64,000 nucleotides of DNA from Opitutales bacterium (GTDB lineage Bacteria; Verrucomicrobiota; Verrucomicrobiia; Opitutales; PNEW01). A model generated the notes under the pieces. The model was not told the DNA's origin, ran no database searches, and was given only the letters and a program-made list of their open reading frames with translations. How positions within the stretch are numbered: position 1 is the stretch's first letter; the number at the start of each line of letters is the position of its first letter. Location of the stretch: the NCBI GenBank assembly GCA_965197745.1, contig CBDANS010000007.1:1728001-1792000 (forward strand), written 5' to 3'. The translations under genes and the position numbers were made by a program. This document shows positions 1 to 10,876 of this stretch, piece by piece.

Positions 1-122
1 GCGCCTTTTTCTAATTCACGAAATTGACCATTTTTTGAGGCCCAATACAAAGCATAGAGAACGGAGGCAAAAAATAATCCTGCGAGGATAAAGCCAATGA
101 AGATATAAGAATACCAATCCAT
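1..122 (-). CDS. ccoS: cbb3-type cytochrome oxidase maturation protein CcoS/FixS (runs off window edge)
   Basis: Hand translation from ATG at 122 gives MDWYSYIFIGFILAGLFFASVLYALYWASKNGQFRELEKGA...: one TM helix followed by the FixS-type WAxKxGQFxxLE motif. Not in the ORF track. Confidence 0.8.
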   Translation of the reverse strand, partial: MDWYSYIFIGFILAGLFFASVLYALYWASKNGQFRELEKG

Positions 123-125
123 ATT

Positions 126-485
126 TCAATTGGCAGGACCAATCACGGTGGGGGCATAAGCTTTAACCTCAGAAGCTTCCGGTTCCGCGTTGGCATAATC
201 TTTCACGGTTAATGCCAGAGCCTCCTCCACGGGTATTCGGACAATGTTTTTTGTTTGATTTACCCAACCATAACTACTGATGGCGTTTTGCTGTTTGGAT
301 TGGACCTCATTTAAAGTAGCTACACGCTGCTCTTCATTGTTTTCACCGATGGCTGGGGGGCGGTTAGGTAAATAGGCAATGAAGACAATAATCAGAAATA
401 GTGCGATTACTCCGATCCACCCTATAGCTGAAAGCAGTGTTGCGGACTCGGAAATATGTTGGGGCCCCGTTTGTTGATCATTCAT
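126..485 (-). CDS. ActG-like small membrane-anchored subunit of alternative complex III
   Basis: One TM helix and a YGWVN...VRIPVEEA motif; overlaps the end of actF. Confidence 0.6.
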   Translation of the reverse strand: MNDQQTGPQHISESATLLSAIGWIGVIALFLIIVFIAYLPNRPPAIGENNEEQRVATLNEVQSKQQNAISSYGWVNQTKNIVRIPVEEALALTVKDYANAEPEASEVKAYAPTVIGPAN

Positions 486-1764
486 ACGCATTAGTGGATT
501 CGAGAATTCGTGGATCGTGGATGGGTATTGCTTGAGCTTTTTTCATGCTGCGCGCGAAAGACCAGGTACAAATTCCTCCCGCACCCAAGATCATGCTTAC
601 GTCCCAGATAGAAATGGCAAATTGGCGGATCATGTATCCGGATTCTAATGCTATTTTTCCCGGTAAGATATTCCAATATAAGTCAATTAAGTGAAAAATA
701 AGAAACCATACAGAGATGAAAACAATGCGCGCGCCATATTTATTTTTATACCAGAGAAGCCATAAAAAGGGGAAAAAGAAATGAAAAAATATTAACCCTA
801 AGCTGATCCACCACCAGGAGTTTTTACTCCCATCAGCATTTACTTCTCGCAGATTATACCAATAAGTTTCCTCGGGTATATTTGCGTTATAGACAAGAAA
901 GTACTGCGAAAAACTTATATAAGCCCAGAAAACTGTGAAAGCGAGCATCAGGCAGCCCAAGTAATAATAGTGTGCGTTATTAAGAATGCCTTTCAGGTAT
1001 CCGTGCTTTTGCAGAAGATAACAGATGATAACCGTTGCGGCCAGCGATGACCAGATACAGGCAGAGAAAAACCAGACCCCAAACATCGTTGAAAACCAGT
1101 GATAATCAAGGGATTTAAACCAGTCAATCGAAGCAAAGGTGACGGTAAGAGATGTAATTATAATACCCGCGGCCGCAAATACCCGACAGCGTCTTACATG
1201 TTTAAGATCACCGTCCCTGTCCATGGCATAGGATGAAAAGCGAAAAATTTCTGCTAATCCGATCCAGATGAGAAAGAAGACAATGGTGCGAAGTGAAAAG
1301 AATGTAATATTAAGGTATCCGGATTTAGCTTGATACCGGACGTCACTACCCACCGTCTCACCACTGATCAATATTTTATCGGTATTTACCCAGGCCCAGA
1401 GAATACCAGGATCGTCCTGGTAGAACCAGCAGACGAATAAAAGGGGTAAAAATATCAAAGCCAGCCATTTAAGACTGGATACAGCATGCTCTAACTGGCG
1501 GCGTATTATCACCGACCACCCGGAATCGAACAAATAAAAGAGCATTATGAGAAAGAGCATACCGATGGAGATGGAGAGCCAGAAACTCAGTCCAATTAGC
1601 CATCCAATAAGGGGGCGAGGATCCGCATTGCGAAGCCCGATGAGGAGACCGATAAGAGATATAATGAGTCCGATTGTTCCAATAATCAGGGCTAGGGTGG
1701 ATAAATCTTTTTTCCCGCCGGCAGCAGCAGGTGCACTCGTGGTGGCTGTTACTTCAGAACTCAT
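478..1764 (-). CDS. actF: Alternative complex III membrane subunit ActF
   Basis: Multi-TM NrfD-like paralogue with SIDWFKSLDYHWFSTMFG and FWAYISFSQYFLVYNANIPEET motifs; operon position. Confidence 0.9.
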   Translation of the reverse strand: MSSEVTATTSAPAAAGGKKDLSTLALIIGTIGLIISLIGLLIGLRNADPRPLIGWLIGLSFWLSISIGMLFLIMLFYLFDSGWSVIIRRQLEHAVSSLKWLALIFLPLLFVCWFYQDDPGILWAWVNTDKILISGETVGSDVRYQAKSGYLNITFFSLRTIVFFLIWIGLAEIFRFSSYAMDRDGDLKHVRRCRVFAAAGIIITSLTVTFASIDWFKSLDYHWFSTMFGVWFFSACIWSSLAATVIICYLLQKHGYLKGILNNAHYYYLGCLMLAFTVFWAYISFSQYFLVYNANIPEETYWYNLREVNADGSKNSWWWISLGLIFFHFFFPFLWLLWYKNKYGARIVFISVWFLIFHLIDLYWNILPGKIALESGYMIRQFAISIWDVSMILGAGGICTWSFARSMKKAQAIPIHDPRILESTNAYE

Positions 1765-2369
1765 AAACCAAGGTCTTGGCGATTACTTTGAGGAACATCT
1801 TCAGGATCAGAATTTTGGGAGCGCTGTAAGGTACGCAGATAGGCGATAATTGCCCAACGATCCTCCATTTTAATTTTTGCCCCATACGGGCCCATCGTAT
1901 TTCTACCGTAAGTGATCGTGTTGAAAATTTCCCCTTCTGGCATTTCACGCAATCGGGCGTTATGATAAGAGGGAGTCGCTATCATTCCGTATTTTTTCGT
2001 TATTCCATTTCCATCTCCGGACAGACCATGGCAAACGCTACAGTATATATTGTATTTTTCCTGACCCCTTTGTAAAAATTCGTAACTGACGGCAAGAGGA
2101 AATCCTTTTCCCCACTGGGTCCCCATTTTCCCGGTGGCAAGGTAGGCGTCTTCAACGAATGAACCGGCAACTACGGTGCCCGATACAGGGGGACGATCAG
2201 CCATGCCATCTTCGAAAAAGGTGTTTTCAGATTGGGGTTTGTATTTTGCCATTCGATCCATGTCGGGAAAAACTTCAAGGGGTGGTTTCAACGATTTGGA
2301 TCCACGAAACCCCATAATTGAAATGGTAGCGACTATGAGAAAAATAAAAATGGCTATAAAATAACGCAT
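1761..2369 (-). CDS. actE: Alternative complex III monoheme cytochrome c ActE
   Basis: Single CSVCH, GRNTMGPY axial Met, DRWAIIAY motif. Confidence 0.9.
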   Translation of the reverse strand: MRYFIAIFIFLIVATISIMGFRGSKSLKPPLEVFPDMDRMAKYKPQSENTFFEDGMADRPPVSGTVVAGSFVEDAYLATGKMGTQWGKGFPLAVSYEFLQRGQEKYNIYCSVCHGLSGDGNGITKKYGMIATPSYHNARLREMPEGEIFNTITYGRNTMGPYGAKIKMEDRWAIIAYLRTLQRSQNSDPEDVPQSNRQDLGL

Positions 2370-2903
2370 CTAATTTTCAACGGGAGATACTTCTTTCCCC
2401 CCTATTTCTTCAAGGAAAGATTTCGTTTTTACCTCATCGTAGAGAGGATCACTTGATTCAATAGCAATCATGAACTTATCGTCAGTGATTTGAGCAAAAC
2501 TGGCATGGTTCATCGCGGGATGGTAGTGTTGAGGAAGTAAATTTGTAATAAACATCCCAAAAAAGGCGCCGAAGGCGGCTAGAAGAATAGTCATTTCATA
2601 AATTACGGGAAAGGGATAAATGGGACTGAAGTAAGGTTTGGCGCCAACGATAAGCGCGTAATCAAAATCGTTCATATACCAAACCATAAGCAGTCCCAGG
2701 AAGAAACCGCTAAAGCCGCCAATAAAAGTAAACAAAGGTACCTTCGAACGCTTCAAGCCCATGGCAGCATCCAGACCATGAATGGGGAAAGGAGTATAGA
2801 CATCCCATTTTTTATAGCCGGCATCGCGCACTTTTTCGGATGCTTTATAAACATCAGAAGTGGTGTTAAATAAGGCGATCAATCCGTGAGGTTTTTCAGG
2901 CAC
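2370..2903 (-). CDS. actD: Alternative complex III subunit ActD (DUF3341)
   Basis: DVYTPFPIHGLDAAMG motif, two TM helices, operon position. Confidence 0.9.
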   Translation of the reverse strand: MPEKPHGLIALFNTTSDVYKASEKVRDAGYKKWDVYTPFPIHGLDAAMGLKRSKVPLFTFIGGFSGFFLGLLMVWYMNDFDYALIVGAKPYFSPIYPFPVIYEMTILLAAFGAFFGMFITNLLPQHYHPAMNHASFAQITDDKFMIAIESSDPLYDEVKTKSFLEEIGGKEVSPVEN

Positions 2904-2922
2904 TGTAGATGATTAATGAGAT

Positions 2923-4338
2923 TTAGTGATGATGGGCATGGGGGTCTGCTTGAGGCGTTACCGCTTTGATTTCCGCAAATGCCATTAAAGGGAGGAAGCG
3001 GAGGAATAGAAGGAAAAGAAGTGAGAAAAATCCGAAGGTGCCGATAAAGGTAAAGATATCAACCACCGTCGGGGTAAAGTAATCCCAATTTGCGGGCATG
3101 AACTCGTTAGCCAAAGACGTAACAACAATGACAAAGCGCTCGAACCACATCCCGACATTGACAAACAAAGCGACGACAAAGACCAGGGCAGGGTTTTCAC
3201 GCACTTTTTTAAACCAGAAAAGTTGAGGAGAAATTACATTGCAACTAATCATGATCCAATAGGCCCATGCGTAGGGTCCAAAGGCGCGGTTTACAAAAGC
3301 AAATCCTTCGTAGGGGTTGGCTCCATACCAGGCAATGAAAAACTCAGTCATGTAGGCATAGCCTACCATGCTCCCGGTTGCGAGGGTGATCTTGCATATG
3401 CAATCTATATGATACTGCGTTATGAGATCATGCAGCTTGTAGATTGCTCTTAAAGGCATAACGAGAGTTAAAACCATTCCAAACCCGGAAAATATGGCGC
3501 CCGCGACAAAATAGGGGGGCAATATGGTTGTGTGCCAACCCGGCAAATGAGAGACCGCAAAATCAAAGGATACAATAGTATGCACTGACAGCACCAAAGG
3601 GGTACTCAAGCCAGCCAGTAAAAGGTAAGCCATTTCATAATTGCTCCAATGCCGGTTTGATCCTCGCCAACCAACTGCCAGTAAGCCGTAAAATAGCTGT
3701 CTCCATTTATTTTTAGCACGATCGCGCAAAGTGGCGAGGTCGGGAATCATGCCCATATACCAGAATAATAGAGAAACGGTAAAATAAGTAGAGACGGCAA
3801 AAACGTCCCATTCGAGGGGGCTGCGGAAGTTAGGCCAGATGGCATTGGAATTGGGCAAGGGAAATAACCACCAGGCAAACCATACTCTTCCGACATGAAA
3901 GAGGGGGAAAATCCCCGCACACATTACGGCAAAAATGGTCATTGCTTCTGCTGCTCTATTTATGGAGGTGCGCCATTCCTGTTTAAGGAGGCAAAGAATC
4001 GCCGAAATGAGTGTTCCGGCATGACCGATCCCGATCCAGAAAACAAAATTAACGATAGCCCAACCCCACATTACCGGACCGCGCAAACCCCAGACACCGA
4101 CACCAGTAAGGACGAGGTAGGTTAATCCGATGCCTGTGAAAGAAGCTATAAACCCTGTCAGGCAAAAGCAGATCCACCACCAGAGTGGTGTCTTGCTTTC
4201 GACGATCCCACATACCTTTTCCGTAATCCAGTGATAACTTCGATTGTTTTCAACTAAAGGACGACGGGGGAGATCGGCTGGTTTTACCGCTTCGAGGAGG
4301 GCGGGTTTTGATAAATTAATTTCTTCTACATGAGCCAT
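2923..4338 (-). CDS. actC: Alternative complex III quinol-binding subunit ActC (NrfD/PsrC family)
   Basis: [40 protein letters not shown] and [11 protein letters not shown] motifs. Confidence 0.95.
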   Translation of the reverse strand: MAHVEEINLSKPALLEAVKPADLPRRPLVENNRSYHWITEKVCGIVESKTPLWWWICFCLTGFIASFTGIGLTYLVLTGVGVWGLRGPVMWGWAIVNFVFWIGIGHAGTLISAILCLLKQEWRTSINRAAEAMTIFAVMCAGIFPLFHVGRVWFAWWLFPLPNSNAIWPNFRSPLEWDVFAVSTYFTVSLLFWYMGMIPDLATLRDRAKNKWRQLFYGLLAVGWRGSNRHWSNYEMAYLLLAGLSTPLVLSVHTIVSFDFAVSHLPGWHTTILPPYFVAGAIFSGFGMVLTLVMPLRAIYKLHDLITQYHIDCICKITLATGSMVGYAYMTEFFIAWYGANPYEGFAFVNRAFGPYAWAYWIMISCNVISPQLFWFKKVRENPALVFVVALFVNVGMWFERFVIVVTSLANEFMPANWDYFTPTVVDIFTFIGTFGFFSLLFLLFLRFLPLMAFAEIKAVTPQADPHAHHH

Positions 4339-4376
4339 GGGGAAATTATAAAATCAGAATATTATCATTATTAAAA

Positions 4377-7300
4377 TTAGTGATGGGTGGTCTCCTCGTG
4401 ACTTTTTTCAAGACCGTGCCCATACCTGTATTCATATTCCATTCGGCTGAGGGGCATTTCATTATAGTGAGGCATCCGCGGATTAGGATTACGCAAACGA
4501 GCAAGGTAGGTGGTGCGTGGCCGGGTGTTAAGATAGCCCAACACCGAATAATCGCGATCTGAGGTCTTCAAGATCGAGACTTCACTTTCAGGATCACTGA
4601 GGTCGCCAAAAACAATGGAATCCGTGGGGCAAGCTTGCTGGCAGGCAGTTTTGATGGTGCCATCAGGGACCTTGATGTCGTCTGAATCACGTGCCTGTAC
4701 CTTGGCATTTATTTTAGCTTTTTGAATACGCTGCTGACAGTAAGTGCACTTTTCCATGATGCCGCGCATGCGGATTGAGACATCGGGATTTTTTTGCATT
4801 TTCTTTAATTCGGTCATCCCCACGGGTCCTGCCGGTCCCTCATAAAACCGACCCAGTTCCCGTTTATTCCAATCAAAGAAATTAAAACGGCGTACTTTAT
4901 AAGGGCAATTATTTGAGCAGTAGCGAGTCCCGACGCATCGATTATAAGCCATTACATTCAGACCTTCATCATCATGCACCGTGGCATTAACAGGACATAC
5001 TTGCTCGCATGGCGCGGTTTCACAATGCTGGCACATGACAGGTTGTAAAGTGACTTGAGGATCTTCTGGGATCTCATGCTTATGACTGTCAATATCACCG
5101 CTGGAATAATAACGGTCGAGCCGTAACCAATGCATTTCTCGACCCCGTGTAACTTGATCCTTACCGACAATAGGAATATTGTTCTCGCTCTGACAGGCGA
5201 CGATACAAGTGCTACAGGCTGTGCAGGTATTAAGATCAATACTCATTCCCCATTGATGATCGCCTCCAAAGGTTGGGATAATGTATGCAGAAGCTCCCCT
5301 GGGCTGTTTCGCTACTTTTTCCTGAATCGATAGATCCTGATCTTTCCCATAAATCGCTGGTGAATGGGATTCAATGCCCATTTTTTGGGCAAATTGGGGA
5401 TGCTTTTTATAATCTTCGACATTCGCTTCGCGAACCAGCGCCCGTCCCTCCATTGACCAATGCTCTTGAGTATTGGCTAAAAGATATGATTCGTCGGTCA
5501 GGGTTAAACTGGCGCCATTTACATAAGCAGGTTTTTCGCTGTTTACTAAGGGATAGACATTGAATCCTGTTCCTTTGCCCACGCGACCCACTTTTGTGCG
5601 CCCATAACCCAGAGATATTACGACCGAGTAATTGGCAAGCCCCGGTTGGACGTGGAGAGGGCCTCGAACCTTGGTGCCCCCTATGGCTATCTCCCCTATA
5701 AGCGAGACCTCGCGACCCATTTCGAAAGTGGCTGTTTTTTTGGAAGCTATTTGCCGGAATGAGTTTTGTTGGGCTTCAAATCCGATCTCTTTGGCTAAGC
5801 GGGGACTGATGGAAATGGCGTTATCCCAGGTGAGTTTTGTCATTGCATCGGGACATTCCTGTAACCACCCATTATTATTATAGCGGCCATCCCATGTGCT
5901 TGCACTGGGAACGATCCGGACTTCAAGATGATTTTTGCTGGCGAGAGGAGGCCGAAAATGACCTGAAGCTACGGTGAGTTTTATCCGGTTTTGATCTAAG
6001 GTGACAGGCAATGTCGGGTAATCGCTATATTCGAGAACCCCGTCACTTAAAAACCGATTAAAGACCGAATCCTGGTCTGCTCCCTTCGCTATACCTGCAA
6101 TGGTTTCCTTTACTAAAGAATAAGGGTCAGTCTGCTTCATTCCCGCTAAACGTGCCAGTAATTCCAATTCCTGAATCCCTTCAAAAAGCGGTAATATCAT
6201 GGGTTGTACCGGCACTATTACCCCGTTAAACGTTCTCCCATCACCCCATGATTCCAGGTAATGAGTTGCGGCAATATGGCACGTAGCTTCTACCGATGTT
6301 TCATCGAAATAATAGCCATAGCGGACAACTTCTTTTACCGTTTTCTGCAGTTCCTGCCAGTTTATGTCAACTGGAGCGTTATATACAGGATTGCCCCCTA
6401 TGATAATCAAGGTTTCGATACGCCCGTTTTCCAATGCCACACCCAGGTCGCTGATCGAGCTCGAACCGTAATTTGGCAAATCGAGATAATTTACGGTATG
6501 ACCGTTAGCACCCAATAGATCATTGATGAAATATACCAGTTGGTGCACTTCTACTGAATGATGACTGCCGGCAATCACCACCGCTTCACCTTTGTGCTCG
6601 AGCAGGTCTGTGACACATTCCTCAATCCATTTTTCATCAACATCCAAGCCTGAAGCCTTTTTTTGTAATTCTTCTGCGAGGATAGAATTTTTGGCTATAT
6701 TATGAAAAACTTTAGCGGCTATCAGCGTGACAAAAGCCGGAATTTGTCCACTGGGCAGACGTAATCGATGGTCAGCCATCCCACCGGTCAAACTGAAATG
6801 ACTTTCAACCTGGTATAAACGATTCATTTTATCCGCGCTGCTACTGCTTGCTACCCTGCGGGCGGACGCAAAATCCCGGGCGTATCCGAGATGCCCCGGT
6901 TCCTCATTTAAAAAATCAGCGTCGAGGGATAGTATACGCTGGGCTTTTTTAAAATTATACAGAGGACGTAATGGACGGCCAAATAGTCGCCTTGTCGCTA
7001 TTTCGGGATTATCATGATTTACAGGTTCATATTCTGCCCAGAGAGCACGAGGAAAAGACTCCTTAATTTTACCAACTACGCGTTGACGGGTTGGTGAAGT
7101 GGATTGTTCTGCGAGAAATGCAAGTCCTTGTCCTCCCGTGGCCTGGAATTTGTCATGAATTTCCTGGAGCAAATCATAGACGCGCGCCGGCGTTATGGTC
7201 TTTGTCCCCTCGCTGCTTTTTGTCGAGCGATCGGGGTCATAAAGGTCAAGAACACTCGCTTGAGCGAAAATATCAGTGGCTCCTCCATAAGGGATGAATT

Positions 7301-7685
7301 GTGGATTACCTTCGATCTTAGTGGGGCGGTGCTGATGCGTTTCAACCATCAGCGGGATGTTATCTTTCGCCGTGGGTTTAGAAGTGGTATAAAATACAGG
7401 GACCCCGGGCACGGTATTTTCCGGTTGCTGAGAGTAGGGTAAAATATGCTGAACTGGTCGACGGCAACCAGCCATTCCTACACCAGCCATGGCAAAAGAA
7501 GCGGCCATGATTTTTAAGAAATGCCTGCGATTGACACCCTCCAATTCCGAGGCGCCCTGGGGGAATTCCCGTGCTATGAAATCTTTAAAGGCGGGCTTAT
7601 CCGCTAATTCCTCCAGGCTGCGCCAGTAAATGGGCCCGGCAATATCATTGATGCCGGGACCGGAGTGATTCTCTATTGATTTCAT
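4377..7685 (-). CDS. actB: Alternative complex III subunit ActB (molybdopterin-oxidoreductase-like domain plus Fe-S domain)
   Basis: YWRSLEEL, Tat motif NRRHFLK followed by lipobox-like MAGC, and C-terminal Fe-S motifs (CTACSTCIVAC, CQHCETAPCEQVCP, CVGTRYCSNNCP, CTYC). ATG at 7685 overlaps the actA stop. Confidence 0.95.
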   Translation of the reverse strand: MKSIENHSGPGINDIAGPIYWRSLEELADKPAFKDFIAREFPQGASELEGVNRRHFLKIMAASFAMAGVGMAGCRRPVQHILPYSQQPENTVPGVPVFYTTSKPTAKDNIPLMVETHQHRPTKIEGNPQFIPYGGATDIFAQASVLDLYDPDRSTKSSEGTKTITPARVYDLLQEIHDKFQATGGQGLAFLAEQSTSPTRQRVVGKIKESFPRALWAEYEPVNHDNPEIATRRLFGRPLRPLYNFKKAQRILSLDADFLNEEPGHLGYARDFASARRVASSSSADKMNRLYQVESHFSLTGGMADHRLRLPSGQIPAFVTLIAAKVFHNIAKNSILAEELQKKASGLDVDEKWIEECVTDLLEHKGEAVVIAGSHHSVEVHQLVYFINDLLGANGHTVNYLDLPNYGSSSISDLGVALENGRIETLIIIGGNPVYNAPVDINWQELQKTVKEVVRYGYYFDETSVEATCHIAATHYLESWGDGRTFNGVIVPVQPMILPLFEGIQELELLARLAGMKQTDPYSLVKETIAGIAKGADQDSVFNRFLSDGVLEYSDYPTLPVTLDQNRIKLTVASGHFRPPLASKNHLEVRIVPSASTWDGRYNNNGWLQECPDAMTKLTWDNAISISPRLAKEIGFEAQQNSFRQIASKKTATFEMGREVSLIGEIAIGGTKVRGPLHVQPGLANYSVVISLGYGRTKVGRVGKGTGFNVYPLVNSEKPAYVNGASLTLTDESYLLANTQEHWSMEGRALVREANVEDYKKHPQFAQKMGIESHSPAIYGKDQDLSIQEKVAKQPRGASAYIIPTFGGDHQWGMSIDLNTCTACSTCIVACQSENNIPIVGKDQVTRGREMHWLRLDRYYSSGDIDSHKHEIPEDPQVTLQPVMCQHCETAPCEQVCPVNATVHDDEGLNVMAYNRCVGTRYCSNNCPYKVRRFNFFDWNKRELGRFYEGPAGPVGMTELKKMQKNPDVSIRMRGIMEKCTYCQQRIQKAKINAKVQARDSDDIKVPDGTIKTACQQACPTDSIVFGDLSDPESEVSILKTSDRDYSVLGYLNTRPRTTYLARLRNPNPRMPHYNEMPLSRMEYEYRYGHGLEKSHEETTHH

Positions 7686-8335
7686 CGGTGGCATCCTGAA
7701 CAGCTCTCCGGGGGGTTAACATTCCAATCGTGGACTAATCTTGCCCCCTCTTCCAATTGAGCTTTGGGACTCTCGGGTTTCCAGCTGAGGTCAAATACTT
7801 TATTTAACGGGCGAATAAATTTTTCCGGGGATCGGTGGCAATCCAAACAAAACTTCATGCTGTGGGATTTTGCGTGGTAGACGACCGGCATTTCATTCAC
7901 CTGGCCGTGGCATTCTACGCAACTTATACCTCGATTCACATGGACCGAGTGATTGAAGAATACATAATCAGGAGTTTTATGGATACGCACCCAGGGGACA
8001 GGATTGCCTGTTGCCCAGCTTTCTCGAACCGGCGCCAGAGCAGGACTGTCCCTTTTTATCTGGGTGTGACAATTCATGCAGGTTGTGGCATCAGGAATAT
8101 TTGAATGCTCAGATTGTTCAACAAAGGAGTGGCAATAACGGCAATCGATATCCAATTGCCCTACATGGAGACGATGATCAAACGCAACCGGCTGGGTTGG
8201 CTGGTACCCCACGCGCGTGTATTTTGGGGTAGCATAGTAGGTAATTCCTGAAGTAACCGCAATTGTGAGAAGGGTTAAGGCTATAATTACCTGTTTTGGA
8301 ACTGCATTCGACCATTTTGGAAATATGTTAGCCAT
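7682..8335 (-). CDS. actA: Alternative complex III pentaheme cytochrome c ActA
   Basis: Five CxxCH motifs (CRYCH, CMNCH, CVECH, CLDCH, CSGCH) and an N-terminal TM anchor. Confidence 0.95.
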   Translation of the reverse strand: MANIFPKWSNAVPKQVIIALTLLTIAVTSGITYYATPKYTRVGYQPTQPVAFDHRLHVGQLDIDCRYCHSFVEQSEHSNIPDATTCMNCHTQIKRDSPALAPVRESWATGNPVPWVRIHKTPDYVFFNHSVHVNRGISCVECHGQVNEMPVVYHAKSHSMKFCLDCHRSPEKFIRPLNKVFDLSWKPESPKAQLEEGARLVHDWNVNPPESCSGCHR

Positions 8336-8731
8336 CCTGGAAAACTCTTTATATAGGTCGTGCCATTTCCCTTAAGTTACCCCTCGGTTCGCGCTACCGA
8401 TCGGGGGTCCGGCCGGACATTGATTGCCGTTGTTTTCTGAGTCGATTCTTTCAGACCTGGTGAAAGCTTCCCGCGCCCCTTTAACAGGCTTATAATAACT
8501 AAAAACATTCCACTAAGACTTGCGACAAAATGTTTCCTAGGAATTTTACTCATATCTATAATTTCGGTATTAAGCTTTGACTCCGAAGTTCTCCCTAACT
8601 GCTATCACAATGAATTCTATCTGACGCACACGCGTTATTTCTATAGAGAAAATCCTACCCATCCTACAACTTAAATCTTTAATAATTATAAAAATAAAAA
8701 TCTCTTAATATTACATATTAGCAAATCAAAT

Positions 8732-10833
8732 TCATTCATCATTTGTAGAAAATGATTGGAATGGGGGCCCTTGTTCTACGGCTCTCAAGGCACGAAATGA
8801 AACGATTAAGCTTGAGCTGACCATGATCAGTGCTGCTGCTACCGGATGAAGGATGCCCAAAGCAGCTAGAGTAACGGCAATTATATTATAGCTGGCCGCA
8901 AAAACGAGGTTGCCCTTAATGCTTCGGCATACACGGCGACATAATTTAATGGCCTGTGGCAATAGCGACAGATCATCACCAATGAGCACTGCCGATGCCG
9001 AAGATCGCGTGAGCGCTGCCCCACCTCCCATCGCGATAGAGACCGGGCAGTGGGACATCGCTGGAGCGTCATTGATTCCGTCTCCCACGTATAAGACGTT
9101 TAGATTATGCGCCAGCGATTTTTCCACGCGCGCCGATTTTTCTTCAGGGGTAAGACCCTATTCAATTTTTACTCCGGCAATATCCTTCCATCGGGGTGCA
9201 GAGTCACCGGTAAGAATGCATGTTTCCAGACCCAGGGAATGTAATCGGTTGATGGTCTCAACGGTGGTGGCACGCAGCTGCTCATCCAGAATGGCGATAG
9301 CTGCTGCTTCGCCATTCACGGCAATATATATATATATTTCTTGGCCTCCTGACTTTTCCTCTCTTTGAGCAGTCTATTAAATTGGCACTGTGTATCCACA
9401 GGCATGAAAGAGAGGGAACCCATTTCGCATTTAAAGGATATCCCATTTCCAACCTCCACCACAGCCTCTACCCCTTTACCCGCAACGACATCAAGATGAG
9501 ATAATTCAAAGTCGCTCTTCTCATCTACGAATTCTTCGCGCTGAAATACTTTGGCCACGGGATGAGAAAGCTCATTTTCGATCACCTGCACCATTGATTT
9601 CAACCAGGTGCGGCGGTGCTCAAAATTTTCAGCTGCGATAAAATCAATAAGAGTCATGCAATCTTCGCTTAAAGTGCCGGTTTTATCGAAATATATCAGA
9701 TCCGTTTTCGCTAGTTGATCGATAAAATTTCCTGTTCTGGAGACGAGACCGCTTTCGGCAAGTTTCATCAGTCCTCCCCATATGGCGATTGGTGTGGCAA
9801 GACCGATAGCGCAGGGACAAGCGACAAGGAGCACTGCCATGCTATTGAATAAAGCTTCCCACCAGACGACATAAGGGAGGGCTAACCAAATGATAAATGT
9901 TGCCGCCGACAGGGATACGACGAGGGGTAGAAACCAACGCATCAGCCTATCCGCATTTTCCTGAATTCTTGAGGAATGTGCGCCCGCCCCCTCGACTGTT
10001 GAGAGGATTGTGTCGAGTTTTCGCTCCCCGAGAATAGCGCTTGGCTTAATTGTAAAATGGCCATCGACGGAGTAAGTCCCGACTAAAACGGAATCGCCCG
10101 ATCTTCGCACAACGGGTGTTGGTTCACCGGTCATTGAGGTTTCGCGGACATAACCCGTCCCTGCGACAACACGTCCATCAACCGTAATCGGCTCTCCCTC
10201 GCGAACGGATATACGAGAATTAATTGGAGATAGTAATGAAACCGGCACACGTCGGCGTTCGCCACTATCTGTAAGAACCCAGGCCCAACTAAATTCTTCG
10301 CGCAATTGTTCTACCGCGCGTAAAGCCTTTGTTCGTGACCTCGAACTGATTAATTTACTCAGGGTATAGATGGCGAGGAGGATAGCTACTACTTCATAAT
10401 AAACGCTGCCTTGACCTGCAATCGAAGCTATCAGTGACCCGATAAAGGCGCCACTTATACTGAGCAGAAATAAGGCATCAATCGTAATTCTTTTTTGTCG
10501 AATTGATCTGTAGGTCTCTCCTATAAGAGCCGGTCCCAGGAGGAGGAAAACGATGAGAGAAGATAAAATCAGACCCCCGTGTAATAGCAGATAAGTTATA
10601 CTCCCATACTCAGGTGCTGGATCTGCCGTATTCAACCCGAGACCAAAGACCATACCTTGCCCCGCTAAAACGAGAGCAACCCCTAACTTCAACCATAAAT
10701 TTTCATGCTTACTGCTATCTGGATGAGTTAAAGATTCAAAACCACCGTGGCAGCATTGCCCGATTTCGGTGTCCAGTGAAGGGGTTTCCACTGCCGTATC
10801 CGGGGAGGGAGTTATATGTGTCAGCAAGCTCAA
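8732..10833 (-). pseudogene. Heavy-metal (Cu) P1B-type ATPase, CcoI/FixI-like, with a frameshift and an in-frame stop
   Basis: TGE, ACPCA and DKTGT motifs in the 5' ORF; TGD and GDGINDAP in the 3' part. Frameshift at (AT)7, 9324-9337; in-frame TAG at 9158-9160. Confidence 0.85.
9324..9337. repeat. (AT)7 dinucleotide microsatellite at the ATPase frameshift
   Basis: Sequence reads gca-ATATATATATATAT-ttc; removing one unit restores KKYIYIAVNGEAAA. Confidence 0.9.
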
Positions 10834-10876
10834 TTCCTATAGTAAGGAGGCACGAGAATCTTCCTTCAGGGCGTTG

